Of a stretch of 64,000 nucleotides of DNA, positions 48,544 to 61,877 are shown in pieces. The stretch lies in NCBI GenBank assembly GCA_001244265.2, contig CDLV01000018.1, positions 372,001-436,000 on the forward strand. Reading direction: 5' to 3'. The notes under the pieces were generated by a model that worked only from the letters and a program-made list of their open reading frames with translations, had not been told where the DNA came from and did not search any database. This stretch comes from Microbotryum violaceum. Lineage: Eukaryota. Made by a program: the position numbers and the translations under genes. Each line of letters begins with the position of its first letter. Positions within the stretch are counted from its first letter, which is position 1.

Positions 48544-49081
48544 CCCACTCGCAGCGGAAGTGACCGGGTGACCTAGCAGCGCAAGGGGGGGGGAGGGGGG
48601 GGGGGGGGGGCGAGCAGACGAGAGATCGAGCCAATCCAGCCAGACGAGATTGATCGAACGACGCGCAGAGACAGAGACAAGTTCTCCACTCTCTCCTTAC
48701 TGCAAACACCAAACACATGACCATCGTTGTTTATCTTTGTAGTATTACGAGCACAATGGTAATAATCATAGCCAGCCGGGGGTTTCGTCTCGAGAGCACA
48801 ATCGTACAATCATAAAGAAGAGAACTGGGAAAGGATGAAGTGACTCTAGGCGAAAACAGGGGAACAAACTGGTGCCGAGGTTTTTGGAAACAAGACTGAC
48901 AGCAGGAGAAGGTCAAAAAGCACCCCCAAAACGAGAAGAAACAACGACGGTGATATGGGGCGGCGGTGATGGATGGATGGCGACGGTGACAAGAATAGCC
49001 CAAAAGGTGTGCGAGAAAGGTGTGCGAAACGTGAGAAAGGAAGAGAAGAAATGCAAGCTTGAACGAAAAAAGAAACGAGAA

Positions 49082-52000
49082 TCACAACATGAGAGAGTTG
49101 GATTGGATCGTCGGTCTGCAAGCATGGTTCAGGAAGACAGAGTCAGTACAGAGCCCATAGCGAGGAACACAGAACGAGGCTGCTCACCTTCCAATGGCCG
49201 AAGTGTCTATCAGTCCGTTAGGGCCACGAACAATGTTGACCCGCCGCGGGCCCTGGCGCATGTCCGAGGAGCTCGGTGACGAGCCACTGTTGCTCTGCGT
49301 AGAGAAACGCCACCAGCTACCGCGACTGCCGCCGCCGGTGGTATGGCTCGGCCCCGCACTCGCAAGGCCGCTAAAGTCGATGCTCGTCTGCGTTCCTCGG
49401 CAATCCGAGGCCATCGCACCGGCACGATCAGAGACACCCGAGCTAACGGTCGAGGGCGATCGAATCGAGTCGCCGTCGTCACGCAGTTGCAGTCGACCAC
49501 CTCCGAGCTGGAACGCGCGCAAGGTCGGGTCCATGTCGCGGCGTTGGTAATACTGGTTCGACGGGGCGCCACCACGGCCAAAGCGACCGCCATCGGAGCC
49601 GAGCGCAATCGCACCCTCCTTGGTCGCCCTCCACGCGAGGTACCCGGCGATGACGAGTAAGATCACACCGCAGGTCACGACGACTGCGATGATGATCGTC
49701 TTCGAGTTGTCTTTGGCAGCGGTGATTAGTGTACCATTGGCGGCGATGTTGGCCGTCGATCCACCAGACTTGGCGAGTGACGAGTACGACGTGACCGAGA
49801 ACGAAGGGACGAATTGTTGCGACAGCTGACCAGCGACGCCCGATTGACGGTAGAGGGGACTGTTGGCCGCCTTGAGCATCGCCGCGAGGGTGTCGACATA
49901 GCTCGAAGGGAGCTTGGCGAGGTAGACCGACAGGATCGTGTCCTTGGAGTTCTCGTCGTACGACGCCTGTTGGTACGCCTGCAACGCCACGGTCTGCACT
50001 TGGTTCTCCGAGATGCCGAGCGCCTGCGCTACGATCTTGGGCATGTAGTACAGAACCTGACTCGACGCGTCCGAGTTTTGAACGAGCCACGTCCAGGGCA
50101 GCGCATCGCTGAGCAAAATCGAGACGATCGTCGTCGGCACCGAGGTACCATTGACCTGCACCTCGGACGTGGTCGAGACCAAGTCGGACTCCGCGGGGAT
50201 GATGCGACTCGGGAGATCGGTCGGGAACGTCACGGCGCTCGTGATGGTCACCTGAGGCGTGCCGTTGAGAAGGATCGTTGTCGCTCCGGCGCCAGCGGCG
50301 GTCGTCGAGGTCGTGCTCGTCGCGTCGGTCTTGGTCGGCGTGGAAGCCTGCACCAACAGAGTCGAGGTAGGGACCCAGGGTGCGGGGGGCGAGACCGAAG
50401 CTTCGGACGTGGCCGTCGTCGAAGTAGGCGCGGCGCCCTCCTTGGTCGACGAAGTATCCGGCGCTTCAGTCGCACCCGAAGTCGACGCTGTGCTCGAAAC
50501 GGCGGCACCCACAGCTGAGGTTGTGACGGAAGCAGCGGGTTCCACCGATGCTGCCGCACCCGAAGTCGACGCTGTGCTCGAATTGGCGGAACCCGCGGCT
50601 GAGGTTGTGACGGGGGCGACGGGGTCCACCGATGCTGCTGGAGTCGAGGAGGTGGCGGTAGGCGCCTGAGCCGGGGTTGTGGCCCCGGCTTCCGTGGCTG
50701 TCGTCGTCTCGGCCGAGCCTGCGGTGGGGAACACTGACGGGAACAGACTCGACAGCTGACTGAGAATCGCAGTCCCTTGCGGTGTCGTGGGCGTCGTCTG
50801 CGGGTCACCACTGGAGCCCGTCGTCTGGGCCTGGGGCGGCGTCGTTCGAGCAGGTGGGGTAGACGCAGATGGCTGCTGCCCTTGGGCGTTCGTCGTTTGA
50901 GCGGGAGCACCGGTAGTTTGCGATGGGACCTCCGAAGTCGTCGTCGTCGGGACCGGGATTAGAGTGGGGATCACAATCGGGATCGAGAGCGAGATCAGCG
51001 GAGCAGTCGTCGGCGTCGGCGTGACGGGCGTCGCAGCGGGGGTCGTCGACGGTGCAAGGGTCGGCAATGCGGCGTCTCCAGCGCTCGTCGTCATCGCAGC
51101 CGGCGAAGTTGTGGGGGCAGAATCGTCCGCGGTCGACGTCGGGACGGGGATCAGCGTCGGGATGATGATCGGGATCGAGAGCGAAATCAACGGGCTCGTG
51201 GTGGTTGCCGCATCCGTGGTCGTGGTCGTGGTCGAGGTCGAGTCAGGGCCATCGGTCGAGCCTGCGGCACTGGACGTTATCGGCGTGGTGTCGTCCGATG
51301 TGGTGGTGGTGGGCGTCGCAGACGCTACCGCTCCATCATCGGCGGACGTCGTTGTGCGTGAAGCTGCCGGGCTGGCCGTTGCCGTGGTCGACTCCGAGTC
51401 CGCAGTGGTCGATTGCAACGGGGGAAGACCCGACAGCTGCCCTCCCATCCCTCCAACGATCGACAAGATGCTCGAATACATGCCGCTCTCCTGTGTCGTC
51501 GTCATTGACGAGGGAGTTATGGTCGTTGGGGTGGTAGTGGACGCCGAGCTCGTTGTCGGTGTAGCATCGTCCGTCGTCGTTGAAGTGAAGGATGCTGCGT
51601 CCGACGTCGTCGAGCCCCTGGTGGTCGAGCTCGAGCTCGAGTCGTCGTTCGATGTGGGAGACGCCCTGACACCTCCTCTTCTGCTTGTGGGCTCGTCCGA
51701 TGAGGAGGAATCGCTTGACGAGGATGTCGTCGTAGGTGAGGCCGTCGGAGGAGACGCAGGTTCCGTATCGGACGTGCGAGCGCGGCCCCTTGTTGTTGTC
51801 GGGGTTACGGTGCTGTCATTGGTCGAGGACGAAGTGTCGTCCGACGAACTGGACGTCGTTCGCTGTCTCCTCGAGGTCGTCTCGCTGTCGTCGACCGGGG
51901 CCGAGGTGGGCCGCGACCTATCGGATGTATCGGTCGTCGAGCTTGTTGACCTCTGATCGTCTGATGTCGACGAGTCCGAGGAAGAGCTCGGCAGGGATGT

Positions 52001-52796
52001 GGTCGACCTCGGCAGGCGTGATGTCGACGTCGAGACCGCGCCAAGGATCGACGTGATGTTGACGGTGGAACCATCTCGAAGCACGCTTTCATAGATCACT
52101 GCACAGGTGGGAATTGTCGGCAATGTTGTGTTCAGTCAACTATCTTGCGGTCGTTGTAAAAGGTGTGACTGGCACGGAGTCGCCCGGTTTCTTGTTTCTC
52201 GACTGGCAGCAGCACGCTTTCCTCACACGCGCTCAGAACGCGCCCGAGCAAACGCGCCTGGCCCCGCGCACGCGCTTTCCAAGTGGCTGCGCAAAAGGGC
52301 CCGCGCCCACGCCCGCTCCCTTTCCAGGCGCGGCCCGGCGCGTGCATCGACCAAGAACGCGGGCGATCCGAGCACCCGTGCGCGACCCCGAACCGCCGCG
52401 GGCGTGATCCAACTCCTGGGCCACTGTGGCGGCCAGCGAGAAAGGAGACGCCCCCGAGGCGGTGACCGAGGAGAGGAGCGCCTGCTAAAGCAAAGCATAA
52501 AGGAGGGACCCACCTTCAACAAGCTGGTTCCCGTTGCGATCTTGGGTCGTGGTGACGAGGATGGCGTCGTCGTCGCTGACCACTCGGGCGCGCATGGCAG
52601 CAGCGGCAGAGGATGCACCTGCTCGTGCTCGAGGTCGACGAGCCGGCGGCGGCGTCTGCTTCGGCGCAGCTGCAGCGAGCACACGGCGCCGCTGCGCATG
52701 GTTGGGTGCCGCGTTCGCATCCGCCAACACCACTGTCGAGGTCGAAAGCAGCAGTGACAGGATCACAGCACTTGTCCATGTCGATGAACGAGGCAT
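49082..52796 (-). CDS. MSB2: Msb2/Hkr1-type signalling mucin
   Basis: Signal peptide MPRSSTWTSAVILSLLLSTSTVVLA, long S/T/P region, HMH-like domain (LPSRIIP...LPWTWLVQNSDASSQVLYYMP...LPSSYVDTLAAML...SPLY), one TM helix, and spliced tail IGRPTIQSNSLML resembling the Msb2 C-terminal motif. Confidence 0.85.
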
Positions 52797-55491
52797 GGTG
52801 AGGCAAGGGAGCGTCTGCGCCGACGCTGCTCGCGCTTGTTTGTCGGAAGGCCCGGTAGCGGCTACTGAGAGGCACGCACACAGACAGACACGATCGGTCG
52901 TAGGCCGCCGGGGAACGAAGGCGTAGCCGTGCAGGGAGAAAGGGAGATGAGGGCGAGCTCGAGTATTGTATGAACCCAACGTCCAAGGTCGAAGGGTGGT
53001 ACAGACAAGTCGAGTCGTACACACCAGATACACACGACAAGAGCGAAGTGTAGATACACGGCGGAAGGGCGTTAGAGAGGAACGAGCGTGACCGGAACTC
53101 TCTAACAAGTGACGGAGGGCAGCGGTAGAGCGGTAGAGAGCGGCAGTTAGGTGGGCGCGCCCAGCCCTCGGCGCGCCCGGGGCACCTTCTCACAGACTTT
53201 ATCTCTAATTTTGATATTGTCTCGCGGCGCGAACGGAGCGGTGCCGGCCGGTTTCCTCCTAGACAACTCGCTGGTATTTTCCTTACCTCTGTTCACAACA
53301 GACATTGTACAACTAAATCTCATATTTTCGCTCAGGACCCTTCAAAGGATTCCGACTCGAGCTTGCAATGATTTACACGCCGCTACTAGCTCCGACCTCA
53401 AATTTCGGTCACGACTCGCGTTGTCGACGCGTTGAACAAAATGCAGTGCAGTTCCAGAGTACCGACTTGCTTCGTTCAATCAAGATCGGCAAAATATTTC
53501 GTGTCGTGACTACGAAAGGGAAGACATGTACACGGTTCGCCTTCTTTCAAGATCCTCGACAGAGGACGGTGCTTTTTCCATTGACGAAGAATCCGAGTAC
53601 ATTCGAGGGTGCCTCCGCGAATTAATATTAGCTCCATCGCTCGCGGTCACTGTGCAGAATTATCCAGTTTTCTGCGATCTGTGCGGGTCAATTTTTGCTT
53701 GTAGCACACTTTTTTGTTATGATGAGGTGTCGCGCAAAATGTTGAGCGATCCGCATCTATGAACACTCTGGCACGTTTGGGAAAATTCCTTGACCGCTGT
53801 ATGTTCTCCCTTTTTCGAACCGCCCTAGTTTAACTATGGCGTGCGGATTTGGCCGCTGCGGCCCAGTCAGCGCGGCCCCCGCGCGACGCGTCTCCAAGTT
53901 GGGCGTCGAGCCGTTGTCGAATTTCAATCAAATTCAGTCATTCGAGACGACGACGCCGTTGAATTCAACACTGAACATGGAATAGCCAGACAGACGACTT
54001 GGCCCCTCGATGTCGTCATTGTCAAAATGGACGGATCTTTAAATGGTAGATCTTCTGAGACATCGAAAGTGGGCTACATTACCACCCCAGGTTCAAGTCA
54101 GGCCCTCCCCTTGACACCTTTTGTTGGCACTCTATCCATGGGCTGCACCATCTGAGACATCGCCTGCGTTGGCCGCGCTGGATCCAGCAAAGGATCCGGG
54201 AGCGCGGGAGCGCCGGGAGGGCGAGTCTTTTTTTCGGATTGCCGCTTCGGGTCGACAAAGGAAAGTGAAAGCAAGTCCTCTGGGCAGCGATCTACATGCA
54301 TATTACGTTGCTCATGATTCCGGAAGCGAGGACGGCACCCCGATTTGCTTGTTGCCCGAGATTACTGGGGTCAACCCATCGGAAGCCGATGCGCACGACT
54401 GCGAGCTGCAGTGAGCCCGAAACGATCAATTCGGCAAGCGCTTTATTATAGCACGCGGCATCGCGTACCTAGGCAAAGCAAGTCTCAGTCCCTGGATCCT
54501 CCTTTGTCCCTGGTTTCTCTACCTCACGACAAAACAGGAGTTGGCGATCGAAGTTTGCGCGAACTTTTAAGGGTTGCGCCTCACTGCACAGGAGCTCGCA
54601 AGCCAGTGCCCATCGACCCCTGCCTAAAAGAGGGTGAATTTCAGTCTGAGACTTTTTGAGCTTATCCCTGTAAGCGTGAGCTTGCAATTATGACGCCAAC
54701 GTCGTCGGGAATAGGGGGGTCAGACCCGCTTGCCCCATCTGCGAGGCTATTCCCTGCCCCGACGTCTAGTCGAAACGGAAAAGGGAGGTCGGCAACAAGT
54801 CGGTGGTAGCTATAGGACAGAAGTCGAGGTGGCTGTCTCGGGATCAGGGAATAGATTTCCCTCTTCACAAAAAAGAAGCGAGACGAGGCATCAAGTCTTG
54901 ACTAGCGTTGTTGTATTTGCTCTACGAAGCGTCATCTTGCAACGGCGGACTCGAGAATGCTTGGACTAATAGCCTTTGAGGTACAGCGTTACTCGTAACC
55001 TCAGTGGCCCAATCGACATCTGAGTTGTTGCGCGCGTGTTTATAAGCTGGGCGGGCCTGAGGACGTGCGGCGGGGTGACCACTGACCAGCCTACCTTCCC
55101 GACTTGAAAAAGGCTTGCCGCAAGTGGAAAGTATTGGAGGGGCCACGCGGCGCACCTGGCGGCAATCAATTCGGTCGAGTCGTACCTAACGACAGGGGCT
55201 TTTTGGAACCGTAGCCTTTCTCCGCCAAAACCCACTAGCCCCTTTCTCTTCCTGGTGGAGAATCTGGGATCGTTAATGAACGGTGGATGAAGCGACAAGT
55301 GTGATCGCCCGAGCCCGTCGCGTGGCAACTTGTGCAAGAGCCAGCGAAAGACATGGTCTCCCTCTCCTTCAATTGTTCCATGACCTGGCGCCTCGGATTG
55401 AATAACTCAATCTACACAAAGGTACCTAGAGAAGTACAACATGTAGGGTTCCAAATTTACGGCAACCGGTTTCGCGAGTGAAAGACTTCCG

Positions 55492-56558
55492 TCATCGCTC
55501 GACCGCCATGGGCGCCGACGACCCGGCCAACTTCTTCTGCGCAGCCTTGTGGACCGACCTCGGCACCAGCGTGATACTCGTCCCTTGCAACTTTCGACTC
55601 AGATCTTCCATCCCGTCCCCTACATCCACCCTTGGCGTAGAATGTTTCAATTGGTTCGCTGCTGGTCGCCGTTCTTCTGGCGATTGACCTCGCTCAATCT
55701 CGGCCATCTCGGTCCCTTCCTCTTCATCCTCGTCTACGTCATCCTTTCTAATGATTTGAGTCTCCCCCTTCCCTACATGACTGGTTGAATTCGTCAACCG
55801 TGGCGTCCAGTTGCGTCGAATCATTCCCCCACCTTTCCTAAGCACCTCTTGCACTCCCCAGATTGTGACGCCGAAAAAATATTCCTTCGGGTAGCCATGC
55901 TTGTCGATCAGATGTCGTCGACGGGTTTTCGGGGTCGCAAAGTGCATTCCGCAAGTTGGGTGAAGACAGGCGAACTAGATGACAGTCATGTTTCGTGGAA
56001 GAAGGGCGAAGATGAACAAGTCAGCTTCCGGCAAGCGAGACCACGTGACCTAGCTCTGCGCCAGCGAACTGACCGTCTTCTCCCCTCTGTCCTCCTTGGC
56101 CCTCCTCAACTCGTCATGACATTCCGAGAGATGCAAATCCAACATTCGCTGACTCGGGAAGAGCCTCGAACATTCTTGTTGTTGTTCGTACCCCCGCTTG
56201 TGAGGTGGTTTCGGTCTCGCAAAGTCAAAGGATGAGGGACGGGCGTGGCAGACGAACGAGTGGTACGCTTCGTGGTGCGCTGTTAGTGTTGCTAAGGTCG
56301 AAAAGGATTGGGCATCATCGTGGCAGGTCGGTGGGAGGGTGCAGGTATAAATCCTGTTGGTGATGTGATCGGACTGTGTGAGCAATTGAAAGCGAATCGC
56401 AGCGCAGGTTGAACGACTCACGGTGCGACATCAGAAGCACGACTGGCTTTGGTCACCGGTGATTGGGGTCTTGAACGTCCTTGTTTTTCTGCATCGTCTT
56501 CACCGTCATCAGAGGATCGCGACGAGGCGCGACGGGTGCGTTTGCTCGTCAGGCTCAT
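55492..56558 (-). CDS. C2H2 zinc-finger protein, ZNF511-like, multi-exon
   Basis: CTLPPTC...HHEAYHSFVC...CSRLFPSQRMLDLHLSECHD...FATPKTRRRHLIDKHGYPKEYFF. ATG at 56558 (MSLTSKRTRR). Confidence 0.8.
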
Positions 56559-56853
56559 GCGAGGTGGGACGGAGCAAGAGCCGGCGCACTCAAGTCACTA
56601 GATGTCCCTCTAGATGGGTATGTGCCAGCTCTTTGTCCTTCTTTGCCTAGCTTTGCCTAGTATTTGTCTGTCTTTGTTCTGTACCTCAAAGGATAGCCTT
56701 TTCACAGACCACAACATGTCTGCAACCGAAGTCTCAATACGATTCCCCTTAGTACAAAAGAAGAGTACACATTATTTGTCCAACAAGTGCGCACGAGAAA
56801 GACGATGAATTCAAAAACCCCGTGGCGTTTCCTTCCTCCTACACAGTTCCCTC

Positions 56854-58924
56854 TCATGCAGCCGTCCCTTCCCCAGCCGACGTCTTGCGTTTGTACTTGA
56901 GGATCCAAGGGTGTACGGCGACTTGACTCAAGGGGAGACGTTCTTCGGGCTCATAACGCAAGAGCTGAGAAGGAGCAAACTCATCCGTGTTAGCCCGTCA
57001 TGCTCGAAGCGCTGAAGTCTAGTACATGTTCGTACCTGGCGAATCAAGTCACCGGCCTGTTCGGAGATGTCGCTAGGGATATGCAAGTCCACTCGAGCGA
57101 TACGCTTGTACGTCGCTAATGATGGAAATCCCAACCTCTGAAGTCAATAACGGACTCTCGGTCAACCCCTCGATCCGCTACGGACTCACCGGTATGTCCA
57201 TCCATGTCCTCGAATGGGGGTTTACCGACCAAGAACTCGAAAGTGAGCACACCGAGGGCCCATAGATCGACCTTTTCCGAATGGGGCTTGTTCTCAATCA
57301 TCTCTGGGGGGAGGTAGTCGAGGGTTCCGCAAAGTGTTGTTCGTCTATAAGGGGGATACTCAGGATCAGGGTGTGTGAAGAGGTGGTGAAAGATCGCAAG
57401 TCGAGTTCAATAACCACTGACCGGTTACCGGGAGCATGTACGCTCCAACCGAAGTCACCAATCTTGAGCTCTCCGTGCACACCCAAGAGCAAGTTCTCCG
57501 GTTTGATGTCCCGGTGGATGACGTGCTTGCGATGGCAGTAGGCCAGTGCGTCGGCCATTTGGGCGATGTACTGTGACAAAATTACAGTGAATATTCTCTG
57601 TAAGCTTAGGACTCGAAGGATAATGATCCAGACGAAATTTCAAGCTTACCCGACTGCTTCGCTTCTCGCTGAACTTGCCGCACCGGTGCAGCTGTTTGTA
57701 CAGCTCACCCTTGCCGGCGAATTCGAGCATGAGGAAGATCCGCTTCTCGTCGTGCTTCAAAGTGGGAGAGGTCGTGGGTGTCAGTATGCCCTAGCTCTTC
57801 CCTGGATAAGGCGGCGCACTTTGACTTACGAAGTACCCATACAAACGAAGAATATGAGGGTGACTGTATGGCCAAACACACGATCAGCTGTGAGCCAATC
57901 GCCGAAAGAGCCTGAAAGCTTGAACTCACGCCAGGTTGCTCTGGATCTCAATCTCCCTCCTCACTTGCTTTTCCACCTTGGCCTTGACCAACTCATCCTT
58001 ATTCAAGCACTTGATCGCAACGATATACTTGGGCTCCGTCTTGGTTCTAGCCATGTAAACTCGACCAAACTTACCCTTGCCCAAAGGTCGACCGATCTCG
58101 AAACTGTTGAGGCTGAACGTCTGCGTACGAGCATTGGGCCCGACAGAGGAGTCGAGTGCTAGCATCTTGGCGATGGCGGGTTTTAAGGGCTCGGATCGAC
58201 CGGCAATGTCCTTCTCGAAGCCTCCATCGTAAGTGCCGATGTCGCCTGTTAGCATTCCTTGGGCATTGATGGACAAGGCCGCGGAAGCCGAGCCCGTGGT
58301 CGAGGCGAAGGAGTTGTGCTTGACGAGCAGGGGTCGAGACGACGAGGAAGAAGCAGCAGACGATGAGGGTGCACCAGATGTCATTTTAGGTCCTTGATAC
58401 TTGGACTGCAGACCATTTCCGGCGGCGTTGAAGGAGCTAGATACAACCGTAGAGGTGGAAGCCGGGTTGGCGACGCGCATCTTGGTCAAGTTGGATGACG
58501 GCGCGACGCCGGCGGTGCGGATCGTCTGCGTCGACGTGCTCGAGCTAGACAGGATGTTGGAGCTCGAGATGGTCGCGGAGGTGTAGTTGGACGTGCTTGT
58601 GGCCAGTTTGAGCAAAGGGGCGCGTTGCGAGTGCAGCACGTTTGATGATGAAGAAGCATTCGCAGGTACGCCCGTCGAGGCTCGGATGGGGACGAACTGT
58701 ATGGGATGAACAGAACTCAGTCAGGTGCAATCCAGAGAGGTCAAGATTCATAATCATCTCAAACTGACTTTGCCGGTGAGTACAGGCTTGTTGAGCGACG
58801 ACGAAGCGCCATTGGTCGTCGAAGACTTCAACGTCGTCGCGCGTTCATGCTCATCGTCATGCAGCGAGAGATGCTCCAATCTGTTCTCGACAGTCGAGGA
58901 ACGATTCAAGACGCGTGAGGTCAT
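56854..58924 (-). CDS. IPL1: Aurora kinase
   Basis: [60 protein letters not shown] and the final exon [12 protein letters not shown]...HPWI. Confidence 0.95.
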
Positions 58925-59649
58925 GACGAGCCCGATAAATAGGTCGGATGAGCGGTGAAGACAGATGTAGGCGGAGCGGCGTGGGAGAGGAAGCTGACCA
59001 ATGCGATCAGTCAACTTCTCCGATTTCGCCGCGCCGAAGCTGAGCCGAATACTGCCGCATAACTGCCGCACATTACCCTTAGGGCGGCGGGACCCCCGAA
59101 AGCCTGGCCATACGCGTAGCGCCGGTCTAGAACCACTATTTCAAGACCCTTGTAACCCCGATTGTGTTGAAAAACCTAAGAAGAAAACCTCGGAATATCC
59201 TCGATTGAGCTTACACTTACATGGGCCCGTGCGTTGCAACGGCCCGTCGCCTGCTATCAATCAACTGCCAGAGCTATAAGTACTCCGAGTCAGGCTGACT
59301 GCGAGAGCCCGAACCCGCAACTTGCTCCGATTAGTAGGGGACGAGACTTACCACACCCTACAAAGTTGACGACATTCATCCCCTATCAGACCACAGCGTC
59401 TGAGGCACTGGTCGAGCCTCAGGAGAACCTTCATTGACGATCCGGAAAAATCATGTTTCAAAAACACATGGAGGCCGAAGCTACCAACCTCCCGAGAAGC
59501 GCAGAGCGAGCTTTAAGGCCCTACTCCACGGGTGAGTGCAAGTACGACGCCATGGCTCATGCTGTCAAATTACAGCCCGATAGCCTCAGCGTCATGCCTA
59601 CAATGAGACAGAAAGCTCGCCCCCCCCCCCCCCCCCCCCACAATTCACC

Positions 59650-61644
59650 TCACTGAACCCACCCACCCACCTCCTCATCATCATAACCCCTCGGACCCCC
59701 CTCTTCCTTGATCTCGAAACTGCCCCCAACAACCCTCGGTGAATGCCTCACGAACTCGACCTCTTTCCCTTCAAACCCCCTCGCCCTCCCTATCCTCCCT
59801 CTCCGATCCAATTCCTCGAATGTCTCGGGGATGTTGGCGAAGGATTCGAGGGGTGCTCGACCTAGGGAGCGTATCCAGGTCGCTGTGGATAAGAGGGAGT
59901 TTTCAACGTAGTAGGCTCCTCCTGTTTGGGAACGATGGTAAAGGGCAGCTTGGATGCCGAATCTTTTGAATTAAATCGGCATTTATCAGTTCACCTCTTC
60001 CGTCGCAACCCAAAAATTGAACCGACTTACGCCAACAAATACCCACTCGAATGATCCAAAGCCTGACAAGGCAAAGCTCTCGGTTCCACCCCGCTCCCTT
60101 CCTCCACCTCTTTTCCGTTCCTAAACATCTCCCAAGCCCTCCCTTCCGCCTCATTGAACCCCACCGCGAACTGCACCAAAGAGTCAAACCCCTTCCTCTC
60201 CTTCCAAGGTCCCTCTTCACCCCAGGCGCTCAACGTAGCGTAAACGAGATCCGGGTTGATCTCGAGGCATTTCTCGATGGGATATCCGAGGGAGCATAAG
60301 CCGTCAGGACGGTAGCTTTGTAAGAGCACGTCGGCGGTTCGTAAGAGGTCTTCGAACTGAGCTCGGTCGGTGGGGTTCGAGCGACGTAGGTCGAGTTGGA
60401 TCGAACGCTTGTTGCGCGAGGTGTCAAAGTCGAGTGCGGGGAGTTTGGGATTGTGGGGGGCATTGACTGCGCGAGAGGGGGCAAGGGAGAAGCAAGGTTA
60501 GTATATCTTCATCTTTGAAACCAATTAGCGCGGTGGATGAACCTACCCCACAAAACATCTGCTCCGTATGCTGTTCCATAAATTGCATCAGCAATCCACT
60601 CCTCGTCGTGGATACCAAGAAACACTCACTAGCCAGCGCCCTCCCCGCCGTCGGCCCGGCAATGACCCTCGTCAGATCCAACACCTTGATACCTGCGTGA
60701 ATCACCCAGTTCGTTCAGTCATCCCAGAGATACGGTAACACTGCTCATCCTGGTGACCCACCTTGTAATGGTCTATTCCTCTTGTCACTCGGGACTTTGG
60801 GAAAGGGTTTCGGTGGTCGATCGTTGAGTTTGTAGAGTGGGATCGGCCCCCCTCCTTTATCGGAGGCGACTTGCCCTTGTTCATGGAGGTCCCTGTCATA
60901 CAATTTTCAGAAAAAGATCAGCAGCTTTAAAGTGCCACCAGTCCCTTGCACCGATTCTTTGCGGACTGACCAGTCTGTAAACCCCCTCAAACTGGTCATA
61001 CACAGCCCCTTCTCCATTACCTCATTCGCGGTCTCATGCGCCGGAAGTGTCTTCAACCTATTCGCCAACATCTCCTTGGTGGTAGTGCCATCAGTAGGTA
61101 ATCCGAGATGTTTGAGGAGTCCATCGCGATGATGAGGAAAGCTGAGATGAGGGCGGACCCACGCCGAGGAGGGACCACCTTGGGAAGCTGGTGGGGAGAC
61201 GGCTGCGGGGTACTGCCCTGCTAATGGGTCCCACAGTTGTCCTGGCTGTGGAAGAGGATCATACGAATCAGCTTGGTTTGGGCACCAAGGAAAAAGGCCT
61301 TCATCTTTTGCCCACTGCGCCAAACTCGTTCGACCTCACCAACTCACCTCACCCCCACACCGACTCAATCTCTCACTCCTAAACTCGGCCACCGCATCCC
61401 TTCCCTCCACCACCAACTCGGCCTCCTCCTCAGTCCCCCCATTCCGCTCAGCCGCTCTCCTCATCCTCAAAATCTCCGCGGCAATGCCTACACAAGCGCC
61501 GATTGAAGCCTGAGCCGCGGTGGTAAGGTGGAACGAAGTCGGTAACAATTCGCCCGAGTTGGGCAGGCTTATGCGGGTTAAGGCGGAGGGGGGCAATTGG
61601 GTTGTGAGCCATAGGAGTTGAAGGGTCGTTTGTGGGGACGGCAT
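59650..61644 (-). CDS. CoA-transferase family III (CaiB/BaiF) protein, multi-exon
   Basis: LPTSFHLTTAAQASI, WVRPHLSFPHHRDGLL, GIKVLDLTRVIAGPTAGRALA, LLQSYRP, GPWKERKGFDSLVQ and RALPCQALDHSSGYLLA. The frame ends GYDDEEVGGWVQ at 59650. Confidence 0.9.
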
Positions 61645-61877
61645 CGCTGCACTGTGCTTTACTGACGGGGTGCGGATGACGCGGGTGGGGGAGAGCGAAC
61701 GGGCGAAAGGCACGGCCGTGTACGACCGACCTCTGGCAGGCTGAGCTCAGCCGAGCGCTGGCCGAGGCCGAGACCGACTGCGAAGCGCGATCGGCTCGGT
61801 TCACGTTGATCATCGATCGTCTTTCGGCCTCTGGTTACTCCTTTCCCCACGCTCACCCACACGACGCGATTTCCAAC

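Noticed and set aside
48584-48610. G-run here, C-runs near 31825, 33253 and 59620, and a CTCGCCCG microsatellite near 24190
   Set aside because: Simple low-complexity tracts with no further supporting structure.
50964-51956. 330-aa Val-rich plus-strand ORF and similar long antisense ORFs over other genes
   Set aside because: Shadow frames of low-complexity, GC-rich coding sequence on the opposite strand.
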